DNA from: Octopus vulgaris
Taxonomy: Eukaryota
DNA length: 64,000 nt
Reading direction: 5' to 3'
Assembly: GCA_951406725.2 (NCBI GenBank)
Contig: OX597819.1
Location: forward strand, 31,806,001-31,870,000
Positions 39,424 to 52,992 of the stretch are shown piece after piece (within the stretch, counting starts at the first letter, position 1; every line of letters starts with the position of its first letter). Position numbers and translations under genes: made by a program. The notes beneath the pieces are model-generated. The model saw only the letters and a program-made list of their open reading frames with translations. It did no database searches and was not told the DNA's origin.

Positions 39424-39968
39424 TTATTTTATTTTTTTTTTCCTTCTTTCTTCAAATTTTTCTTCCATTTCTCGCCGGATGTTTTCCGTATACCTAGGGC
39501 AGAGAAGCTCATTGTATGCATTCCCAGATTACACACACAAATTCACAGGTAAAATGTGTATTTAAAAAATTAATGAATAAATAAATTCATGAATGGATGT
39601 TGTTTTCACAGCGATAATGCTCTTCTCAGTACATGAGCCGATCCAGTTAACACGATTGTTTGCGCTTCCTGTAGGGATAGTAAGCCTGGTATCATTTTCA
39701 AATTGGTTTCAATACCTTTTTTTTTTGTCATTCCTAGAGATCCTACAATCACTGGTACTGTAGTCGCCTCGAGGTGCCACATTTTTTTCAATTTCTATTA
39801 GCAAGTCTTTATATTTACTAACCTTGTCAAATTCTTTCGCCGCTATATTGTGATCACAAGGAATATTGATGTCAATTAATAAACACATCCTTTTTGTCTG
39901 ATCTTTTATGATAATATCCGGTTTATTAGCTTTTATAGTTTTGTCGGTATGTACGGGGAAGTCCCATA
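39424..39968 (-). mobile_element. R4/Dong-like non-LTR 3' end with restriction-like endonuclease
   Basis: ILWDFPVHTDKTIKANKPDII...LIDINIP...KVSKYKDL...MWHL...VPVIVGSLG; 3' end abuts (TAA)n at 39365-39423. Confidence 0.9.
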
Positions 39969-40175
39969 GAATCGACACATTTTTAGCACGCCGAGAAAAA
40001 TGCTTAGCGGTATTTTGTCTGCCGCTACGTTCTGAGTTCAAATTCCGCCGAGGCCGACTTTGCCTTTCATCTTTTCAGGGGTCGATAAATTAAGTACCAG
40101 TGAAGCACTGAGGTCGATCTAATCGACTAGTCCCCCCCCACCAAATTTCAGGCCTTGTGTATATAGTAGAAAGGG
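39968..40175 (+). mobile_element. SINE-C, older subfamily
   Basis: ttagcacgccgagaaaaatgcttagcgg...gcctttcatc...gtcgataaattaagtacc. Confidence 0.85.
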
Positions 40176-40177
40176 TC

Positions 40178-40264
<87 letters not shown>

Positions 40265-40459
40265 CATTATTATTTGGCTAAATATCTAACCGACTAACTA
40301 ATCGATCGTTTTGTGTTATGGGCTGGTTAAACAATCGATCGGTTGTTTGTTAGTCAAAGTTCTGTCGTCGCTTTTCGCGACCTTTTCAGTGCCTCACTGA
40401 CTTCCCCTCTTGCTCCAAGGTCTGCTCTCCCAAGATATTAGCACTGTTTATTATTCATA

Positions 40460-40735
40460 CAGTAATACCTCACATAACGAGGACCCGCTTTACGATATCC
40501 CGGATTAACGAGTTTTTTTTATATAATAATTATAAAAGTTTAAACAGCCATTTTGTGTGTGTGGCAATGTCGCAACATGTGGACACACTGGTTCTGAGGC
40601 GTCTACACAGCGATGGAGTGAAATGACAGCATAAAATGTCATTACTACAATGGGAAATTATTACTCTGCTTTACGAATTTTCACTTTATGAGCAATCTTC
40701 GGGAACAAATCAACTCATATATAGAGGCATCACTG
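40460..40735. mobile_element. Tigger-like MITE
   Basis: TA-CAGTAATACCTC...GAGGCATCACTG-TA. Confidence 0.7.
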
Positions 40736-40825
40736 TATTATTAATAATTTACCTTTCTCGAGGAAAAATACTTTCATATTTTTGCCTTGGGAAACACTTT
40801 CACTTCTAAGAAGCTTAAAGGTTTC

Positions 40826-41282
40826 GGATCTTTTCGGTTTGAACGGCAGTTTTTAACATAATTTCTAGGTAGCTAAAAAATTTTAAACTTCGTATACTGG
40901 GGTAGAATGTGTTTATAAAACATCTTTTTCTCTTGGCTTTATTGAGAAAATTGTATAGTTTGTAAGAAATGTGTTGTTTTTTTTTCTTCAATTTCTGCAA
41001 TTTCAACCAATCACTGACGTCTATTGAGTTAAAAAGCATTCTGTGCCGTATGAATATGTCCCACGTTTAAGAAACAGATTGGGTTTATTTACATTTGTGT
41101 AGAAAAAAAGATACCCCTTCCCCACCCCTAACCCTAACCCTAACCCTAACCCTAACTAACTCTAACTAACCCTAACCCTAAAAGAGATTGAAATGCAATA
41201 GATCGATTCTTGGGTCATAATTATGGGTGACAATTTCATATGACACCGCTAGAAAAAACTGCCGTTCAAACCGAAAAGATCC
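40826..41282 (-). mobile_element. TTAGGG-containing MITE, full length
   Basis: Both TIRs present; (CCCTAA)n at ~41126-41180; no matching TSD. Confidence 0.93.
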
Positions 41283-41526
41283 CAGTGCGGAATATAATAC
41301 GGTAGAATATAGCATGGCAAATTACGGCACGGCACAATACAGCACAGCACGGCATGGTACAGTACGCTACAGTATTACATAACTCGCCGCAATACTACAC
41401 ACAGTGATACACAGTTAGTCGTACATAGACGGTATTACAAGATCGACACAATGCAACATAAGTTTACTCCATTCAACCCGTCGAATTGTCGTAAAGCATC
41501 GTTAAATAGCCAAACCTGACATCTCT

Positions 41527-41572
<46 letters not shown>

Positions 41573-41745
41573 TGGAGGGAGAGAGAGAGAGAGGGAGAGA
41601 GAGAGAAAGAGAGAGAGAGAGCGCTAGAGAGAGGGGAAGCAAGAGAGAGAAAGAGAGAGAGGGAGAGAGAGAGGGAGTAAGAGAGAGGGAGCAAGAGAGA
41701 GAGAGAGAGAGAGTGAGTGAGAGAGAGAGAGAGAGAGAGAGGGAG

Positions 41746-41778
<33 letters not shown>

Positions 41779-42035
41779 AGGAGAATGAGAAAGAATGAAT
41801 GAATGAGTGAAAGATGGCAAGACAGAGTGAAAAGGAATGAATGAGAGAGAGAAACAGAAGGAAAGAAAATAAGAGAAAAAGAATGGAAGAGAGAGAAAAA
41901 GAGTGGGCGAGAAAAGAGTGGAGGGGGGGGAGAGAAAGAGAGTGACCGAGAAAATGAAAGAGAAAGAGAAAAGAGCGAGAGAGAGAGGAAGAGAAAGAGA
42001 GAAGTCCTAATTAATGCACAGCACAGAGAGAGAGA
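41527..42035. repeat. (GA)n / purine-rich low-complexity tract
   Basis: Directly visible. Confidence 0.95.
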
Positions 42036-42597
42036 CGTAACTGAATTGTATGAAATAGTGATTTCGGTTCTAGAATAATGGACGAGCAGGTAGCGAAGGC
42101 ACTCCTACGAGGTCGCTAGGTCTGCTAGAAATAGTACCCTACTATCTTAAATAAAGAACAATGTAGTTCTGATTTTACTAAGACAATCAGGTTGGTCATA
42201 TTCGAAACGTCTTCGATCTGACTGATGATGATCGTCCTAGGGTTAAAAAAGCAACAGCAACAACCACAACATCAACAGCAACAACAGAAACAACAACAGC
42301 AGCAGCAGCAGCAGCAGTAACAACAACAGCAACAACAACAACAACATAAAAGACCAGATTTCGGTACATGTATTATTACTGACCATGCTGTGATTTTCGT
42401 CTGAGTTCACTTTTATCATTTGATTGGTTGCTCCAAAAGAACAGAGGGCAGTGTAGTTTTCGTACTATTTTTCTTTTCTTTTTTTATTTTATTTCTTTGC
42501 TGGTTAACAAGGAAACAGATCCGGCAGCCATATTGACTTGTTGAGTGTCTGTCTATAATAGCAGCTGCCTAGCTAGTTCAAACATGCTACGATGTTC

Positions 42598-42640
<43 letters not shown>

Positions 42641-42901
42641 CACACGAAGTCGCCCTGTTCTTCGAGCTGTCCCCTTCCCCGATACCTCACATTCACTCAC
42701 CAAACCACAAGATTACGAGATTACGTGTGATCCGCACCGACCATTGACAAATCACTACCCTCGTACATCATGTTTTCTTTCTTTCCTATTTTCCTTACTT
42801 TTGTATGTTTACCTCTTTCTGTTTGTCTGTCTGCCCGTCCGTCTGTTGCATCTGTCTGTCTGATTACCTGTCTGTCTGTCTGTCTGTCTCTTTCCCTTTC
42901 A

Positions 42902-42946
<45 letters not shown>

Positions 42947-44066
42947 TTCACTGTCAGTTTGTCCAGCTATATAATTCCTATTTTGTCCATTCAGTCATTA
43001 ATTCATTTGTTTATTCATAAATTCATTCGTACATGCTTTCTTTCGGTTCACTCCTTCATTTCTTCTGTCCATTTCCCTCCATCCCTTCAATCTCCGTCCA
43101 TTTTTATTCCCAGCACAGACATCTCTCTTTTCCTAATTCTTTCTCTCGCCTCGCTTGTTCACTCTTTTCCACTCTCTTTCGCTATTATTTTCGTTCGACT
43201 TTGTACATTTAATTTTGTTATTGCCGTCTTGTCGTCCAAGCCATTTGCTGTTTAATAAATCCGGTTCGCATTTTGCAGCAGATAACTCGTCAATATTGCG
43301 ACATGCACTGTATTTGGCGTGGGTAGAAGTGCATAAAATGCAATAAAGTATTGATCGTCCCTAGAAATCTGCTTCATATTTATATAGTTTTGATTTGGTT
43401 AGATGAGAGACTTTAGCTATTCAAAGATGAATCAGTTGTTTTAACCAATTTCACGCTCCCCAACCTTGTACATGTTATCGTGACGCGTCTCCTCTTTGCA
43501 CTAAATTCTCTCAGTATTTCTCTGATACGATAGTGGGCGTAATGGAATAACTGTCCGCTTAAACTAAATTATACATATCGAATTAGTGAAACAATAAAAA
43601 CAAGCTATACACATCAAAAAGAAAAAACACATGGCAGCCAAACAGACTAACAAGGGAGGCTCGAGAATGGCTCGACTTGCTAGAAATAAGAACCAAAATT
43701 CTCTTAAGTTACTCAATTGACCACGTAAGGGACCTTAATTTGCTTTATATGTACATAACTGCATGTATGAGCTTGTTAAACAATGAATTTTAGGATGTCA
43801 TTACCACTTGGCAGAGACGTTAGAGCACCGGACGAAATACTTTGTATTTATTGCGGTTTCTTGTGTTCTGAGTTCAAATCTCGCCGAGGTTAACTTTGCC
43901 TTTCCTTCCTTCCACGATTGAAAAACAAAGTTTCTGTCTAAGGTGGTGGACTGACAGAATGCCCCGTAGCATATGTTATGGCTCTTTGCGTTCTGAGTTC
44001 AAATTCACCGCGGTCATCTTGCACAATAGCTCTAATTAGTCGCTCAATTTAATACTATCACATACT

Positions 44067-44345
44067 TCCTGGGTACCTTTAATAGAGTCCATTCTTTTGC
44101 AATACTCCCACCCAGCTCCTGGATATCTATAGCAGTAACACAACCATCTGGTTCCTAGGAACCTTTAGCGGAGTCCACTCTGCTGCAATACCCTCACCTA
44201 GTTCCTGGAAACCTTTGGTGGGGTCCACTCTGTTGCAATACTCTCACCTATTTCCTCGGTATCTTTAGCAGCGACCACTCGGTTGTAACGCAACCACCTG
44301 GTCCCTGGGCAACGTTAGCGGAGTCCACTCTGTTGTAGGCATTCG
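44067..44345. repeat. Degenerate ~51-bp minisatellite, about 6 units
   Basis: Unit ttcctggaaacctttagcggagtccactctgttgcaatactctcacctag. Confidence 0.85.
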
Positions 44346-44992
44346 GGTTGGGTCTCCACTTTTAGGATACACTTCTCCATTCCACTCAACTTCCCCCTGC
44401 AAATCCCGAAGGCCCTACAAAACATCATAAGCATTGCCCTTTTGAACAACCGATGAAAAGTATCTATTTTCATATTAAGATAGTTGACATCCCTCACTTG
44501 CAGTATTTCAGTCATATCGTGACATTAAGAACAGCAACAACATTACATTTTATTATCTTATCTGGCCTATCTAAAACAAAAAATATAAAATAACCAGAAA
44601 TTAGTAACATATGCATCTCAAAAGCTAGTCTTCGTTTAAAGCAACATTGCTTTGTTAATACAAATCAATTATTAAAATGCAGGCATTGTGTGGACATAAC
44701 AAAGGATATTGCAGGAGAGGCAAAGGACGGGTAGAATCAAAAGAGTTCCGCTGGGTTGGGGAGAAGTAGTGTAGCTGAGTCAATAGACCTGTGGAGGAAA
44801 ATGGCGGTCGATTGGGTGAGGTGGTAAAGTTGCGAATAAACAGGCTTGCAGTATTCAGTTAATGTCCTTTTATATTCTAAGTACAAATCCTACCGAACTT
44901 ACGGTTATCTACAAATCATAGCGAAGTCGATAAGATACAGAAGCTTCCAAGTTGCAGATAGAAAAGATAAAGAAACAGTTTAAACGTTTGAT

Positions 44993-45422
44993 GGATCTTT
45001 TCGGTTTGAACGGCAGTTTTTTCTAGCGGTGTCATATGAAATTGTCACCCATAATTATAACCCTAGTATCGATCTATTGCATTTCAATCTATTTTAGGGT
45101 TAGGGTTAGTTAGGGTTAGGGTTAGGGGTCGGGGGAAGGGTATCTTTTTTTTTCACAAATGTAAATAAACCCAATCTGTTTCTTAAATGAGGAACATATT
45201 CATATGGCACGGAACGTTGTTTACCTCAATGGACGTCATCGATTGGTTGAAATTGCAGAAATTGAAGAAAAAACAACAAATATCTTACAAACTATAGAAT
45301 TTTCTCAATAAAGCCAAGAGAAAAAGATGTTTTATAAGCACATTCTACCAGTATACGAAGTTTAAAATTTTTTAGTTACCTAGAAATTATGTTGAAAACT
45401 GCCGTTCAAACCGAAAAGATCC
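44993..45422 (+). mobile_element. TTAGGG-containing MITE, full length
   Basis: TIR GGATCTTTTCGGTTTGAACGGCAGTTTT; TSD cgtttgat / catttgat (7 of 8). Confidence 0.95.
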
Positions 45423-45674
45423 CATTTGATTACATAAGATAAAGAACTATTCAAAAGTGGATCGATAAGATAAAATACCAGTCAAGTAGAGAATCAATAT
45501 GTTTGATAAACCAGCAAGCCACCTCCTTCAAAATATATGGACGTCTACCGTGCTAGAATGAAAAGTACGCAACTCTCACTAGCAGCGGAGTGAATTACCA
45601 ACTTCGAAAGAATGAATAAACTCTATTACGTATAGGAAGTACACTTTCCCTAGTTTCTATAAGAAACATATATA

Positions 45675-45946
45675 TTCTTTTATTCTTTTATTCTTTCATT
45701 CTCTTATTTGTTTCAGTCATTTGACTGCAGCCATGCAGGAGCACTGCCTTGAAGGGCTTTAGTTGAACAAATCGAGTCAGGACTTTCCCTTTTTTAAAAG
45801 CCTAGTACTTATTCTGTTAGTCTTTCTTTTGCCGAACCGCTAGGCCAGGGGGACGTAAAAACACCAACACCGGTTGTAAAGCGATGATAGGGAGACAAGC
45901 AGAAACACAAAGACATGCACATAGATACATGTATACATACATACAT

Positions 45947-45981
<35 letters not shown>

Positions 45982-46226
45982 CATACAAACATACATACAT
46001 ACATACATACACATATATATACATACATACACACACACACACAAACACACAAACACACATATATATATATACACGATAGGCTTCTTTCAGTTTCCATCTA
46101 CCAAATCCACTCAAGGTTTTAGTTGGCCCGAGGCTATAGTAAAAGATACTTCGCCATGGTATCACGCGGTGGAACCGAACCAGGAACCATATAGTTGGGA
46201 AGCAAACTTCTTGCCACGCCTGCGCC
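45675..46226 (-). mobile_element. SINE-B with expanded internal microsatellite
   Basis: Both halves recognisable. Confidence 0.88.
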
Positions 46227-46229
46227 TAA

Positions 46230-46296
<67 letters not shown>

Positions 46297-46309
46297 TTCT
46301 TTCGTTTAT

Positions 46310-46503
46310 TTTCTATTTGTTTCAGTCATTTGACTGTGGCCATGCTGGAGCACCGCCTTTAGTCGAACAGATCGACCCCAGCTTCTTTCTAAGCTTAGTA
46401 CTTATTTTATCTGTGTCTTTTGCCAAACCGCTAAGTTACGGGGACGTAAACACGCCAAGATCGGTTCTGGTGTGACAAACACAGACAGACAGACACACAC
46501 GCT

Positions 46504-46577
<74 letters not shown>

Positions 46578-46723
46578 ACAGGCTTCTGTCAGATTCCATC
46601 TCACAAGGCTTTGGTCGGCCCGAGGCTGTAGCAGAAGACACTTATCCAAGGTATCACGCAGTGTGATTGAACCCGGAATCATGTGGTTGGTAAGCAAGCT
46701 ACTTACCACACAGCTACCCCTGT
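46310..46723 (-). mobile_element. SINE-B
   Basis: Both halves recognisable; internal (CA)n. Confidence 0.88.
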
Positions 46724-46745
46724 GCATATATATATATATATGCAC

Positions 46746-46821
<76 letters not shown>

Positions 46822-47019
46822 CTACATATGTATATGCATGCATCTGTATCTGTGTGTGTTTCAGGTTTGTGGGTGTGTGCGTAGGCGTATGTATGTGCGC
46901 GTGTTCGTGTGACTGTTTGTGTGGGTGTTTTTGTATGCAGAAGCGAATGAATCTGAGAGTACGAAAAAACAAAAAAAAAAAAAAAAATGAGACGCGTGTG
47001 TTATGTTTGCCATGTTGCT

Positions 47020-47020
47020 C

Positions 47021-47052
<32 letters not shown>

Positions 47053-47306
47053 CCTGTAGTAGTAGTAGTAGTTGTTGTTGTTGTTGTGTTTGTTGTTGTT
47101 GTTGTTGCAGGTGAGATGAATAACTGACATCTGGACACAGTTTTACCTTATTATGACATAACTGTAAGGCACCAGCTGTCGCCATATTAGTATTCCCCTT
47201 CCTCCTTCCTCTCCCCTTCCTCCCCTTCTTCCTCCTCCTCCTCCTCCTCCTCCTCCTCCTACTACTACTACTACTACTACTTAGCAATAATAATAATAAT
47301 AATAAC

Positions 47307-47337
<31 letters not shown>

Positions 47338-47340
47338 GTA

Positions 47341-47409
<69 letters not shown>

Positions 47410-47412
47410 GTA

Positions 47413-47503
<91 letters not shown>

Positions 47504-47609
47504 TAAAGTAATATTATTAGTTTTAGTGGCAGCAGTAGCAGTAGCTACAGTAACAGTAACGGCAGCAGTAATGGTGATGGTGGTTGTAGTAGTAGTAGTA
47601 GTAGTAATT

Positions 47610-47648
<39 letters not shown>
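47020..47648. repeat. Compound trinucleotide repeats (TAG, TTG, CCT, AAT, GTA)
   Basis: Directly visible. Confidence 0.95.
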
Positions 47649-48061
47649 AGTCAACTTCACAATTTATGTGCTCTCATTCAGCGTTGTTTGTCTTTCTTTC
47701 ATTAAATCTTTTTTATTACAAATGCAGCAATGTGTGTTAGTGTGCGTGTGTGTGTGTGTGTGTGTGTACATGTATGCATATATATGTATATGTATGCACA
47801 CATGTAAAAAAACTCAAAATGTCGATATGAATGAAAATATAATTTATCAAAAAAAACGGACACACGAATATTAGATAAATTTATTGTAGTCATATTTATA
47901 CTTTGTAAGCCACCAAATCCTATTTGCTGTGGAACTGTAAACAAATGTTTATACAACTTGTTATTCTCTTCGTACACAAAAAAATAAAGGAGATTGTCCT
48001 GACATACTGTATGTTCACTTCTTTTTTTTTCGTTACTCTTTAGAGGACAACTACCTCTTAC

Positions 48062-48215
48062 GGGCTGTGTGGTAAGTAGCTTGCTTACGAACCACATGGT
48101 TCTGGGTTTAGTCCCATTGCGTGGCACCTTGGGAAAGCGTCTTCTACTACAGCCTCGGGCCGACCAAAGCCTTGTGAGTGGATTTGGTAGACGGAAACTG
48201 AAAGAAGCCCGTTGT
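48062..48215 (+). mobile_element. SINE-B 5' half
   Basis: ggctgtgtggtaagtagc...gaaagaagcccg then (TA)n. Confidence 0.88.
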
Positions 48216-48360
48216 ATATATATATATATATATATATCGATGCATGTATATATACATATCGATGTAGGTACGTACATATGTGTATGTATAAATGCATATG
48301 TTTTATTTATTATTTTGTTATTATATGATGGAACGCCACGTATCCACTTCCAAGTAAATT

Positions 48361-48505
<145 letters not shown>

Positions 48506-49037
48506 GATGTAGGAGTGTATGATCCACCCTGAGTGATATAGACGTCGTGCGAGTTAGAGTGTCTGCGAACTACCCGTCTCGAGGCAAGGGTGACCACACT
48601 CAACTCATAAGGTTATCTTCCAACCATAAATTATACCAACTCACGGCCGAGATTCACCGGATGGCCGGGTGACCAACCTTCCCTGTGTGTCTCTGTGTAT
48701 GTATGTATACGCATCCTGATCTAAGCTGGCTAGCCAAACAACCTTTAGTCCCCTAGATATTACAGCCTACATGTATATCTCTCCTTTCCTTCCTTCCTCT
48801 TAAACAATTCCACTGTCTTAAACCCAATATCACTCAATCCATCCCTATCATTCCATTAACTTCCCCTACGAATTTTTTTTTTTCCATCAACAATCATTTA
48901 TTTATCCGTATTTACGAGTGTTTGCAACTCTTATTGAAAAAGACAATACCAACAGAATATTGTAGCGATGCTTCATTCCCTAACCAATACGGCGAAAACT
49001 CAGGATTTTTAGCGAGACACAAACCATTGTGTATAGA

Positions 49038-49152
49038 TGTACCTGATGAGACCCAGACTGCAAAATTGACGCAACTCATGGTGAAAAGGAGTCCGTCCCG
49101 CCCATAACGGAAAGTAGCAGGACGGGTGGAAATGACCGTTGTACAAAATAAA
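49038..49152 (+). ncRNA. Type I hammerhead motif with long helix II followed by AATAAA (PLE pseudo-LTR-like)
   Basis: TGTAC-CTGATGA-GACCC...GGGTG-GAAA-TGACC-GTT-GTACA-AAATAAA. Confidence 0.65.
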
Positions 49153-49338
49153 CATTTATACCAAATCCATCTTCCGGTTACTTAAGAAACTATTATCATT
49201 ATTATCTCAACTAACACTGCGGAATACCTGAAGTAGATCCAACAGAATCACCCCGACTGTGGATGACACTAGTACTCTACTCAACAGTTCAACACATTAA
49301 TCGACATGTATGCATTACATACATATATATATATATAT

Positions 49339-49498
49339 GTAGGAGTGGCTGTGTGGTAAGTAGCTTGTTTACCAACCACATGGTTCCGGGTTCAGTCCCA
49401 CTGCCTGGCACCTTGGGCAAGTGTCTTCTACTATAGCCCCGGGCCGACCAAAGTCTTGTGAGTGGATTTGGTGGACGGAAAATGAAAGAAGCCCGTCG

Positions 49499-49531
<33 letters not shown>

Positions 49532-49775
49532 ATGTGTGTGTGCGTGTGTGTGTGTGTGTGTATGTTTTTGTGTCTGTGTTTGTCCCCCCCAACATCGCTT
49601 GACAACCGATGCTGGTGTGTTTACGTCCCCGTAACTTAGCGGTTCGTCAATAGAGACCGATAGAATAAGTACTAGGCTTCCAAAGAATAAGTCCTGAGGT
49701 CGATTTGCTCGATTAAATGCGATGCTCCAGCATGGACGCAATCAGATGACTGAAACAAGTAAAAGAGTAAAAGAG
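49339..49775 (+). mobile_element. SINE-B, full length
   Basis: Bipartite structure. Confidence 0.95.
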
Positions 49776-50020
49776 TAATATATATTTTGTAGCGAAAATT
49801 CAAAAGCGAAAGTTTGAGGTACATTCTAGGAGTTTTTCGAACAAATTACAATCGTCGTATCCCCTGAGCCACATAAACTAGCAGAAATACAAGTCAGCCA
49901 AAGAACGGTGGATCCCACAGAACTGTGAGTCCCTCATTTTATACAGGCCCAGATGCTTTTTCCCACTTGTTGTTTTTTGTGTATCCGTTATTCGAGTTAG
50001 TGAAGCCTTATATTCACTGC

Positions 50021-50403
50021 TCTCTTTTACTTGTTTCAGTCATTTGACTGCGGCCATGCTGGAGCACCGCCTTTAATCGAGCAACTCGACCCCGGGACTT
50101 ATTCTTTTGTAAGCCCAGTACTTATTCTATCGGCCTCTTTTGCTGAACCGCTAAGTTACGGGTATGTAAACACACCAGCATCGGCTGTCAAGCAATGCAG
50201 ACACATAAACACACACACGCATATATATACATATATACGACAGGCTTCTTTCAGTTTCCGTCTACCAAATCCACTCACAAGGCTTTGGTCGGCCCGAGGC
50301 TATAGCAGAAGACACTTGCCCAAGGTGGCACGCAGTGGGACTGAACCCGGAACCATGTGGCTGGTAAACAAGCTACTTACCACACAGCCACTCCTGCGCC
50401 TAG
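50021..50403 (-). mobile_element. SINE-B
   Basis: Both halves recognisable. Confidence 0.93.
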
Positions 50404-50404
50404 G

Positions 50405-51540
50405 AGTTTTTCTAGGAGTTGCTCTATGTAGAAAATCATAACCATCAATTTCAAGAATGAGGGAGCAGGCACTTCACGAGTCACTGAAAACTGTGGTTCC
50501 TGGAAGAACCGACAGACGTATGCATTCCTCTTGTAGTGTCGTGATTTTGACTTGAAGCACTCCGTCGGTGTACGACGACGAGGGTTCCGGTTGATCCGAA
50601 TCAACGGAACAGCCTGCTCGTGAAATTAACGTGTAAGTGGCTGAGCACTCCACAGACACGTGTACCCTTAACGTAGCTCTCGGGGATATTCAGCGTGACA
50701 CAGATAGTGACAAAGCCGGCCCTTTGAAATACAGGTACAACAGAAACAGGAAGTAAGAGTGAGAGAAAGTTGTGGTGAAAGAGTACAGCAGGGATCACCA
50801 CCATCCCCTGCCGGAGCCTCGTGGAGCTTTTAGGTGTTTTCGCTCAATAAACACTCACAACGCCCGGTCTGGGAATCGAAACCGCGATCCTACGACCGCG
50901 AGTCCGCTGCCCTAACCACTGGGCCATTGCGCCTCCTGTGATTCTGACATGGCACCGCATAAAGAAAAACATGTCTGGTCTCGCGACACACTCCGCCGAA
51001 AAGCCACTGCTCAGGCAGCGTCTTTCTCGGTTGTATTTACGTCTTGAGAAGACTGTTTCGTTTATCTCAACAATCTTCCCAAGACCGCCAATCTGAACTG
51101 GGTTGCGGAGCAGGTCCTCCCCACAAAATTCCCGAATATAGCTGTTGTAATCAACAGCTGTGCAGTGAGGTGTACTAAAGTCAGTTTCTTTACCCATGAG
51201 TAATTGAAAAGCATTACAGTCCTAAGAGGAAAGTTGCTACCTTCCAACCATGTATCTTTTCTGACAAACACACCCTCGTTGCACCCTCTTCGGGTGCACC
51301 ACCAGTAAATTCTCTCGTGGAGCATCTTCTTCCTAGAGTGTCTTTTGTTCATAATTTTCTTATTGGGATAACACCCTTCTCTTGCAAGTAAGAAACAGCA
51401 TCTTCCTTGGTTTTCAATTTATCCATCATACACGAAAGGGTAAACGAGTTGACTGCCATCATTCTTCTATTTAGGTTGAAAAGGTTCAGGAAAACATCCA
51501 ATTGAATAATTATGAAAATGAGGTAGTGACAGCGGTACCC
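50405..51540 (-). pseudogene. Merlin (IS1595/ISXO2-like DDE) transposase relic interrupted by SINE-A
   Basis: WWCTRRGC...VRKDTWLEGSNFPLRTVMLFNYSW; IGGLGKIVEINETVFSRRKYNR; VLPGTTVFSD after the SINE; candidate end GGTACCGCTGTCACT at ~51525-51539. Confidence 0.85.
50554..50936 (-). mobile_element. SINE-A, full length
   Basis: TSD gtgatt(t/c)tgac at 50541 and 50938. Confidence 0.95.
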
Positions 51541-52031
51541 CAACATAGTCGCATTCTAATGACTGGAACAAGTAAAAGAATAAAAGAATGAGCGTGCATG
51601 TGTGTGTGTGTGTGTGTGTGTGTTTTTTTTCTTTTTACCTATTAGCATACTTTCTAGAATCAGAAAGTTGGTTTCTAACAAAGAAACAAAAGATATCTCA
51701 TCGGAGATAATTGTTTCATATCGAGTTCGTTCGAAAGGGAAGTCATTAGGAAGTAAATGCTTCTTGGAGTTCACTACCACAGGTTATTATTCACTTCATT
51801 ATTGAACATTTGGCCGATGTATTTATTGTTTAGCGTTTGCTGTCTGACTGACTAAATCTACTCACGTGACTTTGGTCGGCCAGAGGCTACAGTAGAAGAC
51901 ATTTGCTCATGGTGCTACGCAGTGGGACTGAACCCGGAACATGTGGTTGGGAAGCAAGCTTCTTACCACACAGCTACGCCTGCATGCATAAATACATACA
52001 TACATACGTACATACATACATACATACATAC

Positions 52032-52062
<31 letters not shown>

Positions 52063-52075
52063 CATACTTACATAC

Positions 52076-52106
<31 letters not shown>

Positions 52107-52158
52107 CATACATACATACATACACACATACTTACATACATACATACAAACACACAGA

Positions 52159-52241
<83 letters not shown>

Positions 52242-52869
52242 ATAGCTACGTCGCTTCAAGTTCTGAGTTTAAGTTATGTAAAGGTTGACTTCGCCTTACG
52301 ACCTTGAGGGGCTGACAAAATAAAGTTCCACCTGGTTATTGGAAAGGCTGAGGAGAGATTGGCACTAAACCCGGCCCATAAAATGTGTCGTTTTTTCTGT
52401 CTTGGTTAGATATCAGTGTTTATTTATCTATTTATTTATCTATTTATATTTATTTATTTATATGTATTTATTTATGTATATATTTCGTCCTTCATGCGCC
52501 ACCTCAACCTGACCATGATTATTCTTGAAATATTTAAATTAGTTCTGGTAATTACTTAGACACTAATAACTGTCACTTCTATCGTGTTTATCAACTTTAC
52601 TCCTTCTTATCAGAGGTTGCGATGGAGGAGAGGATAGAGGAAGGGGGAGAAGAATGAAGATAAAATTAGAGGGGAGGAGAAAAAGGAGAAGGAGGAGGAA
52701 AGGAGGAAAAGATAACAGTTGACAAAATTGCATAAGTGTCAAGTTGGTCTATTGATACCAGTGTTTGTGTGTGTGTGTATCTCCGTCCGTTTTTGTATCT
52801 GTTGCTATGTGCATGTGTGTGTCTGTGTGTTTCTGATTATATGCATGCGTTCGTTACATAATATGAGAG

Positions 52870-52901
<32 letters not shown>

Positions 52902-52902
52902 C

Positions 52903-52992
<90 letters not shown>

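Noticed and set aside
44067-44345. CRISPR-like array
   Set aside because: Eukaryotic context; whole units repeat with no unique spacers and no cas genes
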